From: Octopus sinensis
Taxonomy: Eukaryota
NCBI RefSeq assembly: GCF_006345805.1
Contig: NC_042999.1
Coordinates: forward strand, 49,724,001-49,788,000
Direction of reading: 5' to 3'
DNA: 64,000 nt
Of the stretch, positions 24,833-36,305 are shown one piece after another; position 1 is the first letter of the stretch, and each line of letters starts with the position of its first letter. The translations under genes and the position numbers were made by a program. Under the pieces are notes generated by a model, which ran no database searches, was not told the origin of the DNA, and worked only from the letters and a program-made list of their open reading frames with translations.

Positions 24833-25048
24833 CCCTTTCGTTACCAACCTGGCTGAAACTGGTTCTGGCTCTGAATACGAATGTCTTGTTTTTCTAAGTT
24901 TTGAATTAAAATCTTCCACCAAACCTTAGTCACAATTTATGTTCCTAACACTAGCTGAATGCTAAGTTATTTTACTAAATTCTTTGTTATATTTAAAGTA
25001 ATTCAAAGAAACACGGAGCATCTCGAAATAAATATGGTAATGAAAGGG
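24833..25048 (-). mobile_element. piggyBac-like MITE, family 1
   Basis: Reverse complement of 21506-21725; right TTAA intact, left mutated. Confidence 0.7.
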
Positions 25049-25908
25049 TTAAGCAAGAAAAGGTATTACCAACAGTGTTATAGGAGCATTCATTGTATTT
25101 TAGGAAACTGAACATCTAAATAACTTTCCTTCTGATTCAAACACTTAAGAAACCTCCTAATTAATGTTTAGCATAGGTTTCGGTAACAACAACACAAAAT
25201 TTCATTGATGAAACCTAAGAGAATTTTATCAGTCAAACTGAGATCTTGACTGATAAAACTGCATGCAATACCAGGAACCAACTACTTTCTTTGAAATTTT
25301 GGATAACATTATTGCAGTTTATCAATAGGATGTTTCAATTTAATTTCCTTTCTTATAAATTATTGATACATAAGCAAAGCTTACTTTGATGCTTTAATGT
25401 ATTACAGAATAAATCAATAGATTTTAGCCAAGATTTCTTGCATACGTTTAACTAATTTATGATTGTTCAGTACATTTAAACATCTTTTTATATCAATCTC
25501 TCTGTGGACAGAATAAAGGACCAACTTAACTAGTTTCAGTCTGCCTAGAGATTTCATCAGCAATTTCATACCCATCTCCAGCTTCCCATCTAGATATGAG
25601 TATATACTCACTTTTACTAAGAGGTTAATTAAAACTTGAAATCAGTCATTTGCATAAATAAGGCGTCATGATTAATAAGTGTGTATGTGTTAGCAGTATT
25701 TGAGATTTATGCTGTAATGTACTACAAACAAAATCTTTAGATTTTTGACCAACACTGTATGTAAATCAGCCTTAATAAACTACACTGGCCAATTGTAAAC
25801 AACTGCCTTTTTATGCAGTCTCTTCCTGCAGTTGAATTAGTAGAGGCATTAGGGTGTTGGATAAAATATCGCACAATATTTGTTCCAAATCTTTTTGTTG
25901 TGTTGAAA

Positions 25909-26026
25909 TACTCTTTTACTTGTTTCAGTCATTTGACTGTGGCCATGCTGGAGTACCGCCTTTGCTTGACTAAAGGCGGTGCTCCAACATGGCCACAGTT
26001 AAATGACTGAAACAAGTAAAAGAGTA
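25909..26026. repeat. Hairpin made of two SINE-B 3' ends
   Basis: 55-bp arms with 3 mismatches and an 8-nt loop. Confidence 0.85.
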
Positions 26027-27544
26027 AGAGAATATGTTATCTTATTGCTTATATGTGGAAGAGGTCGTCAATGTATCTCAATTCCTTGTGTAGACGCATG
26101 GTACATTAGAACTACCAAAACAGATTGTTATAGAATATCTGAAATGGCAAATTAAAAAAAATAGTACCTTTTGATTTTGACAAGTACCCTGAGGAGACAC
26201 ATTTGCACCTATGATGCACCACAATTGTTTGTACAGTACCTTGCATGTGAGGTACTGGTGCACAATAAATCAAAATGATCACAGTGAGTAAATAATTTCA
26301 TGAATTCCAACTTTTTTCATTTTTATATATGTATATACAAAAAAGTGGAGGCGTGTGGCTTAGTGGTTAGGGTGTCAGTACCACGATCATAAGATTGTGG
26401 TTTCGATTCCTGGATCGGGCGACGCGTTGTGTTCTTGTTCAAAACACTTCATTTCACGTTGCTTCAGTCCACTCAGCTGGCAAAAATGAGTAACACTGAG
26501 ATGGACTGGCAACCCGTCCAGCTGGGGAACACATACGCCATAGAAACCAGGAAACCAGGCCCATGAGCCTGGCTAGGCTTTAAAAGGACGCATTTATTTA
26601 TTTATATACAAAAAAACAAGTTTAGAATAATGGCCATTACACATCTTTCCTTTATTGTCCTATAGCTATTTCCAGTAGTCTTAATACGTATATTACTGAT
26701 AGGTTTACTCAATGGCTCTATATGTATATGCATGTTTACCTTGAGATATACGTATGTGTGTGTGTTGATTGTCTCCTTGTCTTGACATTGCCTGATAGTG
26801 GTCAACAAATGTCACGGACATACAAGAGAAGCTGTTCATTTTCAGTCTTCTATGTCGGGCCATGAGGAAATATTACCTTGAATACAGTCAGGTGAGGGAT
26901 AATAATCAGAAGGGTATCTACCCATTACAAATCTGCTTCAAGGGATTCTGTCTGACCAAGCAAGCATGGAAAAGTGGACATTAAAACAATAACAATGATA
27001 ACATCAATGACAACAATGACGATGATGATGACTGCACTTTATAGAGATATCACTTATCCCCATCGGAATGTTCACAATATACAGGAAAATCTATCCCAAT
27101 TTATTAAATTTAGGACAATTGTGTCCCATTCTCAAGCAATGCAGTCTCTGTGAGTCTGCCTATCACCAACCTATTGACAAGACTTTCATAAACATGAAAA
27201 CTGTCATAAAGACCCTGTTCCTTCTTCATATTGAGGTGATTTCTTTTCCCTGTAACATAGAATGACTGAATCATTATGAAACCAACAGATCCACTTCTTT
27301 TACTTACTTTGCTATTGAGACTTAACCATAATTAATAGCACACATACAAATATATACAACTATCATTCTTATGAGAGAACAAAGTACCTTTTTGTAGAGT
27401 CTCAAACTAACAGAAATAGCAGCCAAATCTCCATCAAATTATATTCCCATCATCTTAAATAAAAGGCAGGACACACTCTACTTTTGTCATAGATTTGTAG
27501 ATTTCCACAAGCATAAATTGAATTTGGGATATATATTTTCTTAC

Positions 27545-27891
27545 CTGCACTTCGCAGCATATATCTTCATCAAGACTTGGAGGTGGTGGCACAATCAGTT
27601 TTGCAATCAATGAATCTATATCTTCATCTAGTAAACTTGGGCAGTGTTCAGCGCTTGCTGATCTTACCATTTGTTGATAGCGCTTTGTTCTGAACCTACT
27701 ACGTCTTGATGCTGGAGTGTCAATTGAAGAAGATAATGTCACAAAGGATGGGGCTGTCTCACTTCTTGATTCGATTGTATGCATTGCCATTCTCTTGTCT
27801 TTGGGTTTAATTTTGATTGGCTCAGCTGAAGTACTTCTTATATGACATGGTGATGAGGGTGAATGTATTTCAGCAGTCACATTGTATATGT
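27545..27891 (-). CDS. FRMPD4: FRMPD4-like exon (phase 1-0)
   Basis: Acceptor tttgtttctttgtAG, donor CAG|GTAAGA, 347 nt. Extends ORF 27455..27880 and encodes DIYNVTAEIHSP...LDEDIDSLIAKLIVPPPPSLDEDICCEVQ. Confidence 0.85.
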
Positions 27892-27935
27892 CTACAAAGA
27901 AACAAAAAGCACATTTTAGGATACTGTAAGCTTAA

Positions 27936-28154
27936 CCCTTTAGCACTCAGATTACTCTATCAAATGTAATGATTATTTATTCACTTTGTTATGAATTAAT
28001 TATGCATTATCTCATAGCTTTGAAATTTCAATAATGTGATTGATTATTTTTAGAGTGACATTGTAGGTTAGGTATGAAAGGCAGGATCTGACTAGCTTGA
28101 TTTAAAAACAGTAGAATATTTGGGTCAGATATGGCCTGTTTAAATGCTAAGAGG
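27936..28154 (+). mobile_element. TTAA-flanked piggyBac-like MITE, family 2
   Basis: TTAA|CCCTTTAGCA...TGCTAAGAGG|TTAA, 219 bp. Related copies at 53420-53636, 51176-51750 (interrupted) and about 60825-60975 (partial). Confidence 0.7.
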
Positions 28155-29039
28155 TTAAATATTCAAATATAATGCATATCAAAATAGTTTCTTTAACGGC
28201 TGCAGATTAAGAGGCTCTCCATCACATCAAGCTGTAACCATCTTGAGTTCAAATCCACCTATCAAAGATTTTCTACTCATATAATTTTCTCAATATACAT
28301 ATCAAAGTAAAAAGAGATGTTTACCCAAAATCGTTTCATATTTCAACTATATAACAGAATTATCTTCAAAATTTTGAAAAAAATTGGCTTATTACCCAAG
28401 TAGATTGGAAATTTCTTGTACACATGCAATTGTGCTACCCACATAACAGGAGTTTTGTTGTTGTTATATGGACAATCATCTCAAATATCATCAAAAGGAC
28501 ATTTCATTGATTAGTAACCACTTGGGACTCGCTCCTCAATACAGATTAAGGGCCATAAAAATGATGTTTCTTATCCCTGTTGCTTCATCTTATATAATAC
28601 TGCTGCCACATGCAAGTGTACCACACTTTTCACTAATTGTTGTTGGAGCTTTTGTCACTGTGAGCAGATAGTACTTATTTCAGTTGAGCATACTGGAGTG
28701 GTGTCGAGTGTCTTGCTCAAGGACACAGCATATTACCCAGTCAAGGAACTGAATTTACAACTTTGCGATCATAAGCCCAACACCTAACCACTAAACAATA
28801 TGCCTTGACACTGCTTCTTCATACCACTGCTATGGCAACTGTTCTTCAGAATTACCACTGTGTTCCTACAAGCCTCTAAGCCTTCAAATTGCATCAATGT
28901 GAAATCAATTCTATATTAAGCTTGTTGTTCACAACATGAGTGAATATACCATTATTGAAATGCAGATGTAATAGCTTGTATATACTATTATTGAAACACA
29001 GATATAAAGCTGTAATAAATGACAGCTAAAGTGATTTAA

Positions 29040-29261
29040 CCCTTTTGATACCAACCCAGCTGAAACCGCTTCTGTCTCTGTAGTAAAAATGTCTTGTTTC
29101 CAAAAGTTCTGAATTAAAATCTTCCACCAAACATTTGTCACAATTTATGTTCCTAACACCGGCCTAATGATAACTAAGTTATTTTACTAAATTCTTTGTT
29201 GTATTTAAAATTAATTGAAAGAAACATAGAGCATCTCAAAATAAATATGGTAACAAAAAGG
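29040..29261 (-). mobile_element. piggyBac-like MITE, family 1
   Basis: TTAA on both sides, 222 bp. Confidence 0.75.
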
Positions 29262-29487
29262 TTAAACACCTAAATTTTAAATCAGCTGATTCACTTTGAA
29301 TACTAATATATTTTGTTAAAGAGTATAATTAAGAATTTACAGGATGAAAAAGACAACTCTGGTTAGAATTCTTGTTTCTATAATAATATACTATGTCACC
29401 ATGTTACAAGAGATGAATAAAAAGAATGGTAACAGGAAAGGCATCCAACAGCAAAATACTGATCCAGAAGACTAATCTGACCCACAA

Positions 29488-29695
29488 CAGTGTGTCCCAG
29501 AAGTCAAACACCATTCTGGTTTCCATTTAAAATAATTAAAGCATTTTATTTTATTATGTTTTTCTGCATGTTTTATTATAGTGGGTGCTCAATTTGAGCA
29601 TTTGTTACGATTAATTTCAATAAAGTGCTTTTAAAATCAATAAGGGTGTATTCTTTCAAAAAACCAGGTTGGTGCGCGACTTCTGGGACACCCTA
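29488..29695. mobile_element. Tc1/mariner-like MITE
   Basis: TIRs cagtgtgtcccagaagtc / gacttctgggacacccta; TA on the right side only. Confidence 0.55.
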
Positions 29696-30205
29696 TATAT
29701 GTAAAACAATGATATTAATCTGGTGTTTGAAACTGATCGTTTACAAAATATTTATGATATATTTTTAATTTTAGATTAATATATTTAGTATTTTATCAAT
29801 ATAGTTAAGGTATTGGTTTACACTGTTAACATACTTGACAAAGATAAGCTGATGAGAAAACTTTTATGTTATTAGCCTGAACCAGTGAACAAGCTTTAAT
29901 GCTTTCACTTAATCTGCAAGAATTTTGATGTTAGGTATGCTTGATATGAGCTGATCTAACTATATCAAAAGAATGCTAAGGATATTTCAGTACCAGAGAT
30001 ATCTGATAGCCAACTAACTGGACTTTCTTAGGGAACAACAGAACAAGTGCAATAGAGGGTGATAATACCATGAGAATCTCTATTAATAAACACAAGCGTG
30101 TTGAAAACTCTTATTTTAAGTTTTCTAACATGCTATCATTTAACTGCAAAATATGATTTAACATCAAGATATGACAGTGTGTCTATTTGGTCAACATTCT
30201 CTCAC

Positions 30206-30460
30206 CTGAACAAGGGCTTGACATGACTTTCACACTTGCTTGATCTAATACTAAAGATACAGGATGTACCAGCTTGGAACTTTGTGGCTTGATCTGTTGC
30301 AGTTGTTGTTGTTTTTGGTGACAAACTGGTTTGAAACTGGTTTTGTTTTCTATTTGGTCATCATCAGAAAAGCCAGGTGGTGGTGCACTGGTAAGATTGT
30401 GAGAAAGACTGATGCATTCTTTGTTCATTGTCACCTCTGGTGGAGGAATTAATGTTAAGT
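30206..30460 (-). CDS. FRMPD4: FRMPD4-like exon with Homer-type PPPGF motif (phase 1-1)
   Basis: Acceptor ctttttctgttttAG, donor CAG|GTGAGA, 255 nt open. Encodes DLTLIPPPEVTMNK...TSAPPPGFSDDDQ, similar to the APPPGFRD motif I recall from vertebrate FRMPD1/4 (recognition, not a database hit). Confidence 0.85.
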
Positions 30461-30644
30461 CTAAAACAGAAAAAGAAAGGAAACATTTTCAGAAATATTG
30501 AAAAATATCTTTCATACTCTCTCTTCATATGCCATGCCTACAGGTGTCACTGATTCATAGACTTCCATATCAAAATTTGAAGATATATTATTTTTCTTAT
30601 GGAAAAATACAGCAGTGGTTACTTGTTGCCTTCTGCCATAAGTC

Positions 30645-30872
30645 GGCGAACTGGCAGAAATGTTAGCACGCTGGGCGAAATGTGTAGCCGTATTTCGTCT
30701 GCCATTATGTTCTGGGTTCAAATTCTGCCGAGGTCGACTTTACCTTTCATCCTTTCGGGGTCGATAAATTAAGTACCAGTTACGCACTGGGGTTGGTGTA
30801 ATCGACTTAATCCGTTTGTCTGCCCTTGTTTGTCCCCTCTGTGTTTAGCCCCTTGTGGGTAGTAAAGAAATA
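30645..30872 (+). mobile_element. SINE family A, full length
   Basis: Matches the family consensus from head to aaagaaata tail. Confidence 0.85.
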
Positions 30873-32891
30873 TATTTATAGTTTTTGTACTCTGTTTCTA
30901 CTCTCCCAAGTTTACTTTTGGTGCATTGAGGCTGTTTAACCCTGAGGCAGGGATACTGGTTCACATAACATCAGAGCATGTCAATACACAAGTGAGATTG
31001 TGTGATGCATGTTTAGGAGTCAACACTCAGTTAAGTCCTGGATGCATTAGCCACAGGATCATCATCTTTTATTAGACCCACAACTAAGATACTCGACAAG
31101 GTACTACCACCTGGACCATAATATGGGAATAGACGTGACTAAGGAATAATTCATACTCACTCATGCTTCTAAACTCACCAACTGGAATCATATCATATAC
31201 ATTCACGATTCAAAAGAATCAGGTATTTAAATAGTAAAAGCACCAAAGTAGAGTCAGGGATAGTGCTCCTGTGTACTAACAATGTATACCAACATATACG
31301 TATTTTACTAAAGTAAATGTGGATTTGACCTCCCAGTTATGCATACATCACAAATGACTGACTGAATATACCAAATGTACAGGGGTACACTCACAGCACA
31401 TATTCTACCATTGACTACAGACTCCAGAACCAAATGTATGAAAGGTTCTGAGTTAGGTGAAGAATAAATAATAACACAGATGGATTGCCATTCACTACAG
31501 CTGTTTGAGACATGTTCTTTATTGATAAACAAAAGTGTTACATCATGCAAAAAAAAAAAGCATTTTCATCAGGTGATTATGGGTAAGAATTAACAATTAG
31601 AACTTCTCACAAGACAGAGTATAGCGCCAAATGACTCAACTGACCTGATTTTCTCCAGCCAAAATTAGGTTGGTGTTGAGTCTTCTGGCACTATGCTATT
31701 TTGTGAGAAGTTCTAAATGTCAATTCTTACCTGTATTCCCCTGATGAAAACTTTTCTTTTTGTTTTGTTTTGTTTGCATGGTGTTACTCTTTTGTTCATC
31801 AATAAAGAACACATCTGAAACAACAGTAGGGAACCATAACCCTTGTGTGTGTATGTGTGTGAAGGCACATGGCTTAGTGGTTAGGGTGTTGCACTCATGA
31901 TTGTGAGATCATGTGTTCAATTCCCAGACCAAGGCTGTGTTGTGTTCTTGAGCAAAGCACTTCATTTCACATTGCTCTGTGATCATTTCACCATCTGACA
32001 TGTGACACACAGTGAACCTGTACAGGTAATGGAGGGAGTGAACTTATGTGTACACAAACATTTGATCACTATAAACAAATCATCTGTGTGGTTGTTTGGC
32101 AAGAAATTGCCAAACTCTCATGCATTGTCTAATGACAGGAGAGTCCATGATGTATGTATGTATGTATGTATTTATATATGTGTGCATTTCTGCATGGATA
32201 CTTGTGTGTCTGTGTGTGTATGAAAAAATAGTATATTCTAGGAAATATATCATTGAGACTAATTACTTGGAGATGCCATCTACATAAAGAAACAATAGAT
32301 CTTTTTAATATATTGAATGCATTTAGCATCACCTATCAATCAGTAAAGAAAATTGTCAATGAAACTGGAAGTGTGGAGAAGATGGAAGAGTCTGCCATTT
32401 CAGAAATAGTGAAATAGATATTACTTTGGCGAAATAGTATTCGAAGTGAAAAGAAATAATCTCTGATATTTTCAGCAATTAGAAACCTGTTACTGGATAT
32501 TGATGTGTCTGTAGTTAAGATCTGGGATGTTGGTTTGGTGGGTCTGTCAGATTATCATTTGAGATGCCTAGCAGTATATGTCCTGGTTTATTGCATTCTG
32601 ACAGCAATGTTTGCAGTGAATCTGGTGCAAAGCTTTTGTTAGACTTTTCAGAAAGCTTTTGGTTTTAACAACACTTGTAGCATGGGGAGGGGATATGCAT
32701 GGACAATCACTAGCTTATCACAAAATAAACCCCCAACAAAAAACATAACCTTGTCCAGGCCTGCATGTATTGTCAACCCTGATGAAAAGTAGCCCAAGAT
32801 GTGCGTGTGTACGTGTGTGTGTGTGTTTATATTGCATCAGTATGAGGTGAGAAATTGGTACATTCAAGCAAATTTACTTTGTGGTGTTTAA

Positions 32892-33112
32892 CCCTTTCGT
32901 TACTGTATTTATTTTGAGATGCTCTGTGTTTCTTTCAATTACTTTAAATATAACAAAGAATTTGGTAAAATAACTTAGTTGTCATTCAGTTAGTGTTAGG
33001 AACATAAATTGTGACTAAAGTTTTGGTGGAAGATTTTAATTCAAAACTCATGAAAACAAGACATTTGTAGTCAAAGCCAGGGCCAGTTTCAGGCAGGTTG
33101 ATAATTAAAGGG
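32892..33112 (+). mobile_element. piggyBac-like MITE, family 1
   Basis: TTAA on both sides, 221 bp. Confidence 0.75.
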
Positions 33113-34141
33113 TTAAGTCTGACTCAGCTATTGCCCCTTCAGATTAACATACTTAAGCCATTTTATAAATTATGAATATGATGAAGCAAATATTATGATT
33201 GATACATGTGATTGATAACAACCCTTCAGTGGTGTGCTCTGGTATGGTCACCTGCTTTGTGGTTATTAAGCTGAAGAATAAATGAGGAATTGAAAAAGAA
33301 AATGTTTCAAATATTTGGTTTCTGAAAAAGTCACAGTTATTGATACCTTAAAAAGGAGGATAACAAATTTATGTTTACAAATGAAATAATAACAGAACAC
33401 AAGCCTTGTCCCATACAAGCAGAAAAGTTTGAAATCATCATCATCATCTTAAATGTCTGCTTTCCATGCTAGCATGGGTTGGACGATTTGACTGAGGACT
33501 GGCGAACCAGATGGCTGCGCCAGGCTCCAATCTGATCTGACAGAGTTTCTAGAGCTGGATGCCCTTCCTAATGCCAACCCTCCGAGAGTGTAGTGGGTGC
33601 TTTTACGTGCCACCTGCACGAGGGCCAGTCAGGCGGTACTGGCAACAGCCACACTCAGATGGTGTTTTTTATGTGCCACCTGCACAGGAGTCAGTCCAGT
33701 GGCACTGGCAGCTTACACATATTTATTCATAAGTTCCACACCAAAACATTGCATGCTATTCTTTATTCCAACTGCTGTCTTATCAATTTCTTTTCATTTT
33801 CACAATGCATTAACCAATAACTTTTCAAGTTTCACATAAACTGAGCCGAACTTTTTATCATTTTGTTCTGTCATGACCTTCAAAAATACTAGAAGAAAAT
33901 GTTTTATTTCTCAGGCACATTATACATAAAGCCGTATAAAACTATAAAAAGGTTAGAAAGACCAGCTAAATACTCCTCGTACTAAACCATGTTATCTGTC
34001 TTCCCTTCTTTGGATCTTGCCTTTTTCTATGTTTCTGATGAAGAGCTCCGCTCAAAACATTAAACCCTCCTTCTTTCCTGAGCATCCAATAATACTATAC
34101 GTGTACCTCATCCTCACATTGTTGTGTTTTCATGTTTGGAT

Positions 34142-34180
<39 letters not shown>

Positions 34181-34206
34181 ACAGGCATGGTTTTGTGGAT
34201 AGAGAT

Positions 34207-34598
34207 GCAGGCGTGGCTGTGTGGTAAGTAGCTTACTTCCCAACCACATGGTTTTGGGTTCATTCCCACTGCAGAGCACCTTGGGCAACTGTCTTCTACT
34301 ATAGCTTTGGGCTGACCAAAGCCTTGTGATTGGATTTGGTAGACAGAAACTGATAGAAGCCCATCGTATAGGAGTAAATGTGTGTGTCTTTGAGCCTGTG
34401 TTTGCCACCCACCACTGCTTGACAACGAGTGTTGGTGTGTTTATGTCCCCCATAACTTAGTGGCTCAGAAAGTGAGATCGATAGAATAAGTACCAAGCTT
34501 AAAAAGAAGTACAGTGGTCAATTCATTCGACTAAAAACTCTCCAAGGTGGTGCCCCAGCATGGCCGCAGTCTAATGACTGGAATAGGTGAAAGATAAG
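34207..34598 (+). mobile_element. SINE family B copy, ending about 130 bp from the exon donor
   Basis: Family B head and tail visible. Confidence 0.8.
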
Positions 34599-34728
34599 AT
34601 ACTTTTTGACAATCTAGTGCCAGAGGCTCTTAGACTCTGAAGCAAGATGCAGTGGTCATAAATGATATTCTTTGATCTTCGGTCAGCTTGATCAGGGTTG
34701 GTGTGGAGTTCGAAGAACAAGAACTTAC

Positions 34729-34905
34729 CTATAATATCAGGATCAAGACATACACTGGCTTTACAGTCTTTGTGGCAAGATACATGAAGCATTTCTGAGG
34801 GTAGCTGATCAGGACTGTGTAAACCAAAACTGCTGATTCCTTGTATCAGCAAGTGATTGCTATCTTTGTCACGTGCTTTTTGGGAGTTGGAACTGGATTC
34901 TTGCC
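34729..34905 (-). CDS. FRMPD4: FRMPD4/FRMPD1-like scaffold, most 5' exon found (internal, phase 1-1)
   Basis: Minus-strand acceptor ttcttcttttccAG at 34907/34906 and donor G|GTAAGT at 34728. 177 nt open (QESSSNSQKARDKDSNHLLIQGISSFGLHSPDQLP...LDPDII). Joins the next exon in frame to give IIDLTLIPPP. Confidence 0.8.
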
Positions 34906-35051
34906 CTGGAAAAGAAGAACAATGTTAAAAATTAATTTAATGTGAAAGTATATTTGCTAAAGCATTTTTTTTATACTAAAGCAAATATTAAATAATCTTA
35001 ACTGCTACATTATATATAAGAACTGCAAAATATTCTGTAGAATTTTAAATA

Positions 35052-35247
35052 TGTTGTGTCTGGGGAGAGTAATTTTCTTTTTGTGCTTTAAAATGTAACA
35101 CACTCACCAGTAAAATTTCCACTTATTTCTTATTTTTATAGAAATAAAAAATTAAAAAATTAAATATAAGAAATAAGTGGAAATTTTACCGGTGAGTGTG
35201 TTACATTATAAGGCACAAAAAGAAAATGACTCTCTCCAGACACAACA
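35052..35247. mobile_element. Fold-back/MITE-like element with about 82-bp inverted arms
   Basis: tgttgtgtctggggagag...ttcttat and its reverse complement. Related copies at about 57797-57970 and 50190-50290. Confidence 0.7.
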
Positions 35248-35797
35248 GAATATGCTTCAACACATGAACTCGCATAAAGAATCTTGCAAATCAAATCCAA
35301 AACCGAAATATTAAAATAAGTTGAATTAATTATAGCAATTATCAAGTGCTTTCATCAACTTCAACGTGAACTAATCTAATATAGTCCAAGTTTTATAAAC
35401 TCAGCTGCCAAAAATGAGTAGTACCTGTATTGCAAGGGGCCAGTCTTGTCACATTCTTTGTCACTCTAAATCTCCCTGAGATCTATGTTTAGGGTATGGT
35501 GGTGTGTGCAAGATTGTTCCTTTGATCGAATCTACTGGAACCTTTGTTCCATAACCAACAGAGTGCCAGAATTCTGCAATGTGTTTGGCTTTATTAACGT
35601 TAGGATTTTATCTAACTGCAGCTATTTATATTTTATTGCTTGCCTTTTGATACAAGGTCAAATAACTAGACTATTACGCTGTTAAAAATCCCCTTTAGTT
35701 TCATCTATTATATGATATATAAAAAAAAAAAGAGAAGAGCTGACAAATCCAGATCGTTTGCCATCAACTGAAAGATGTTTCCCCCTGCTCCATTTCT

Positions 35798-36300
35798 CAT
35801 GTGTATATATATATATGTATATATGTATATATGTATATATAGTTATATATATATATGTATATATAGGTATATGTATTGTATATATGTATATTATGTATAT
35901 ATATGTATATGTATATATATGTATATGTATATATATGTGGGTATATGTAAATATATGTGTATATGTATATATAGTAATATGTTATATAATATGTGTATAG
36001 GTAGATATATGGTATATGTATGTATATATGTATATGTATATATATGATATATATATATATGTATATATGTGTAGATTGTATATATGTATTATAATGTATA
36101 TATGNNNNNNNNNNNNNNNNNNNNNNNNNNNNNNNNNNNNNNNNNNNNNNNNNNNNNNNNNNNNNNNNNNNNNNNNNNNNNNNNNNNNNNNNNNNNNNNN
36201 NNNNTGTATATATGTATATATGTATATATGTATATATGTATATATGTTATATGTGTAGATATATGTAATATATGTATATATGTGTATATATGTATATATA
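35798..36300. repeat. (TA/TATG)n array containing a 100-N assembly gap (36105-36204)
   Basis: Directly visible. Confidence 0.97.
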
Positions 36301-36305
36301 TGTAC

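Noticed and set aside
26049-26099. Minus-strand LRYIDDLF resembling a Penelope RT motif
   Set aside because: Only 16 codons with no supporting flanking homology.
32320-32660. Short stop-free minus-strand stretches between two exons
   Set aside because: No convincing splice sites, and the flanking exons already join in frame.
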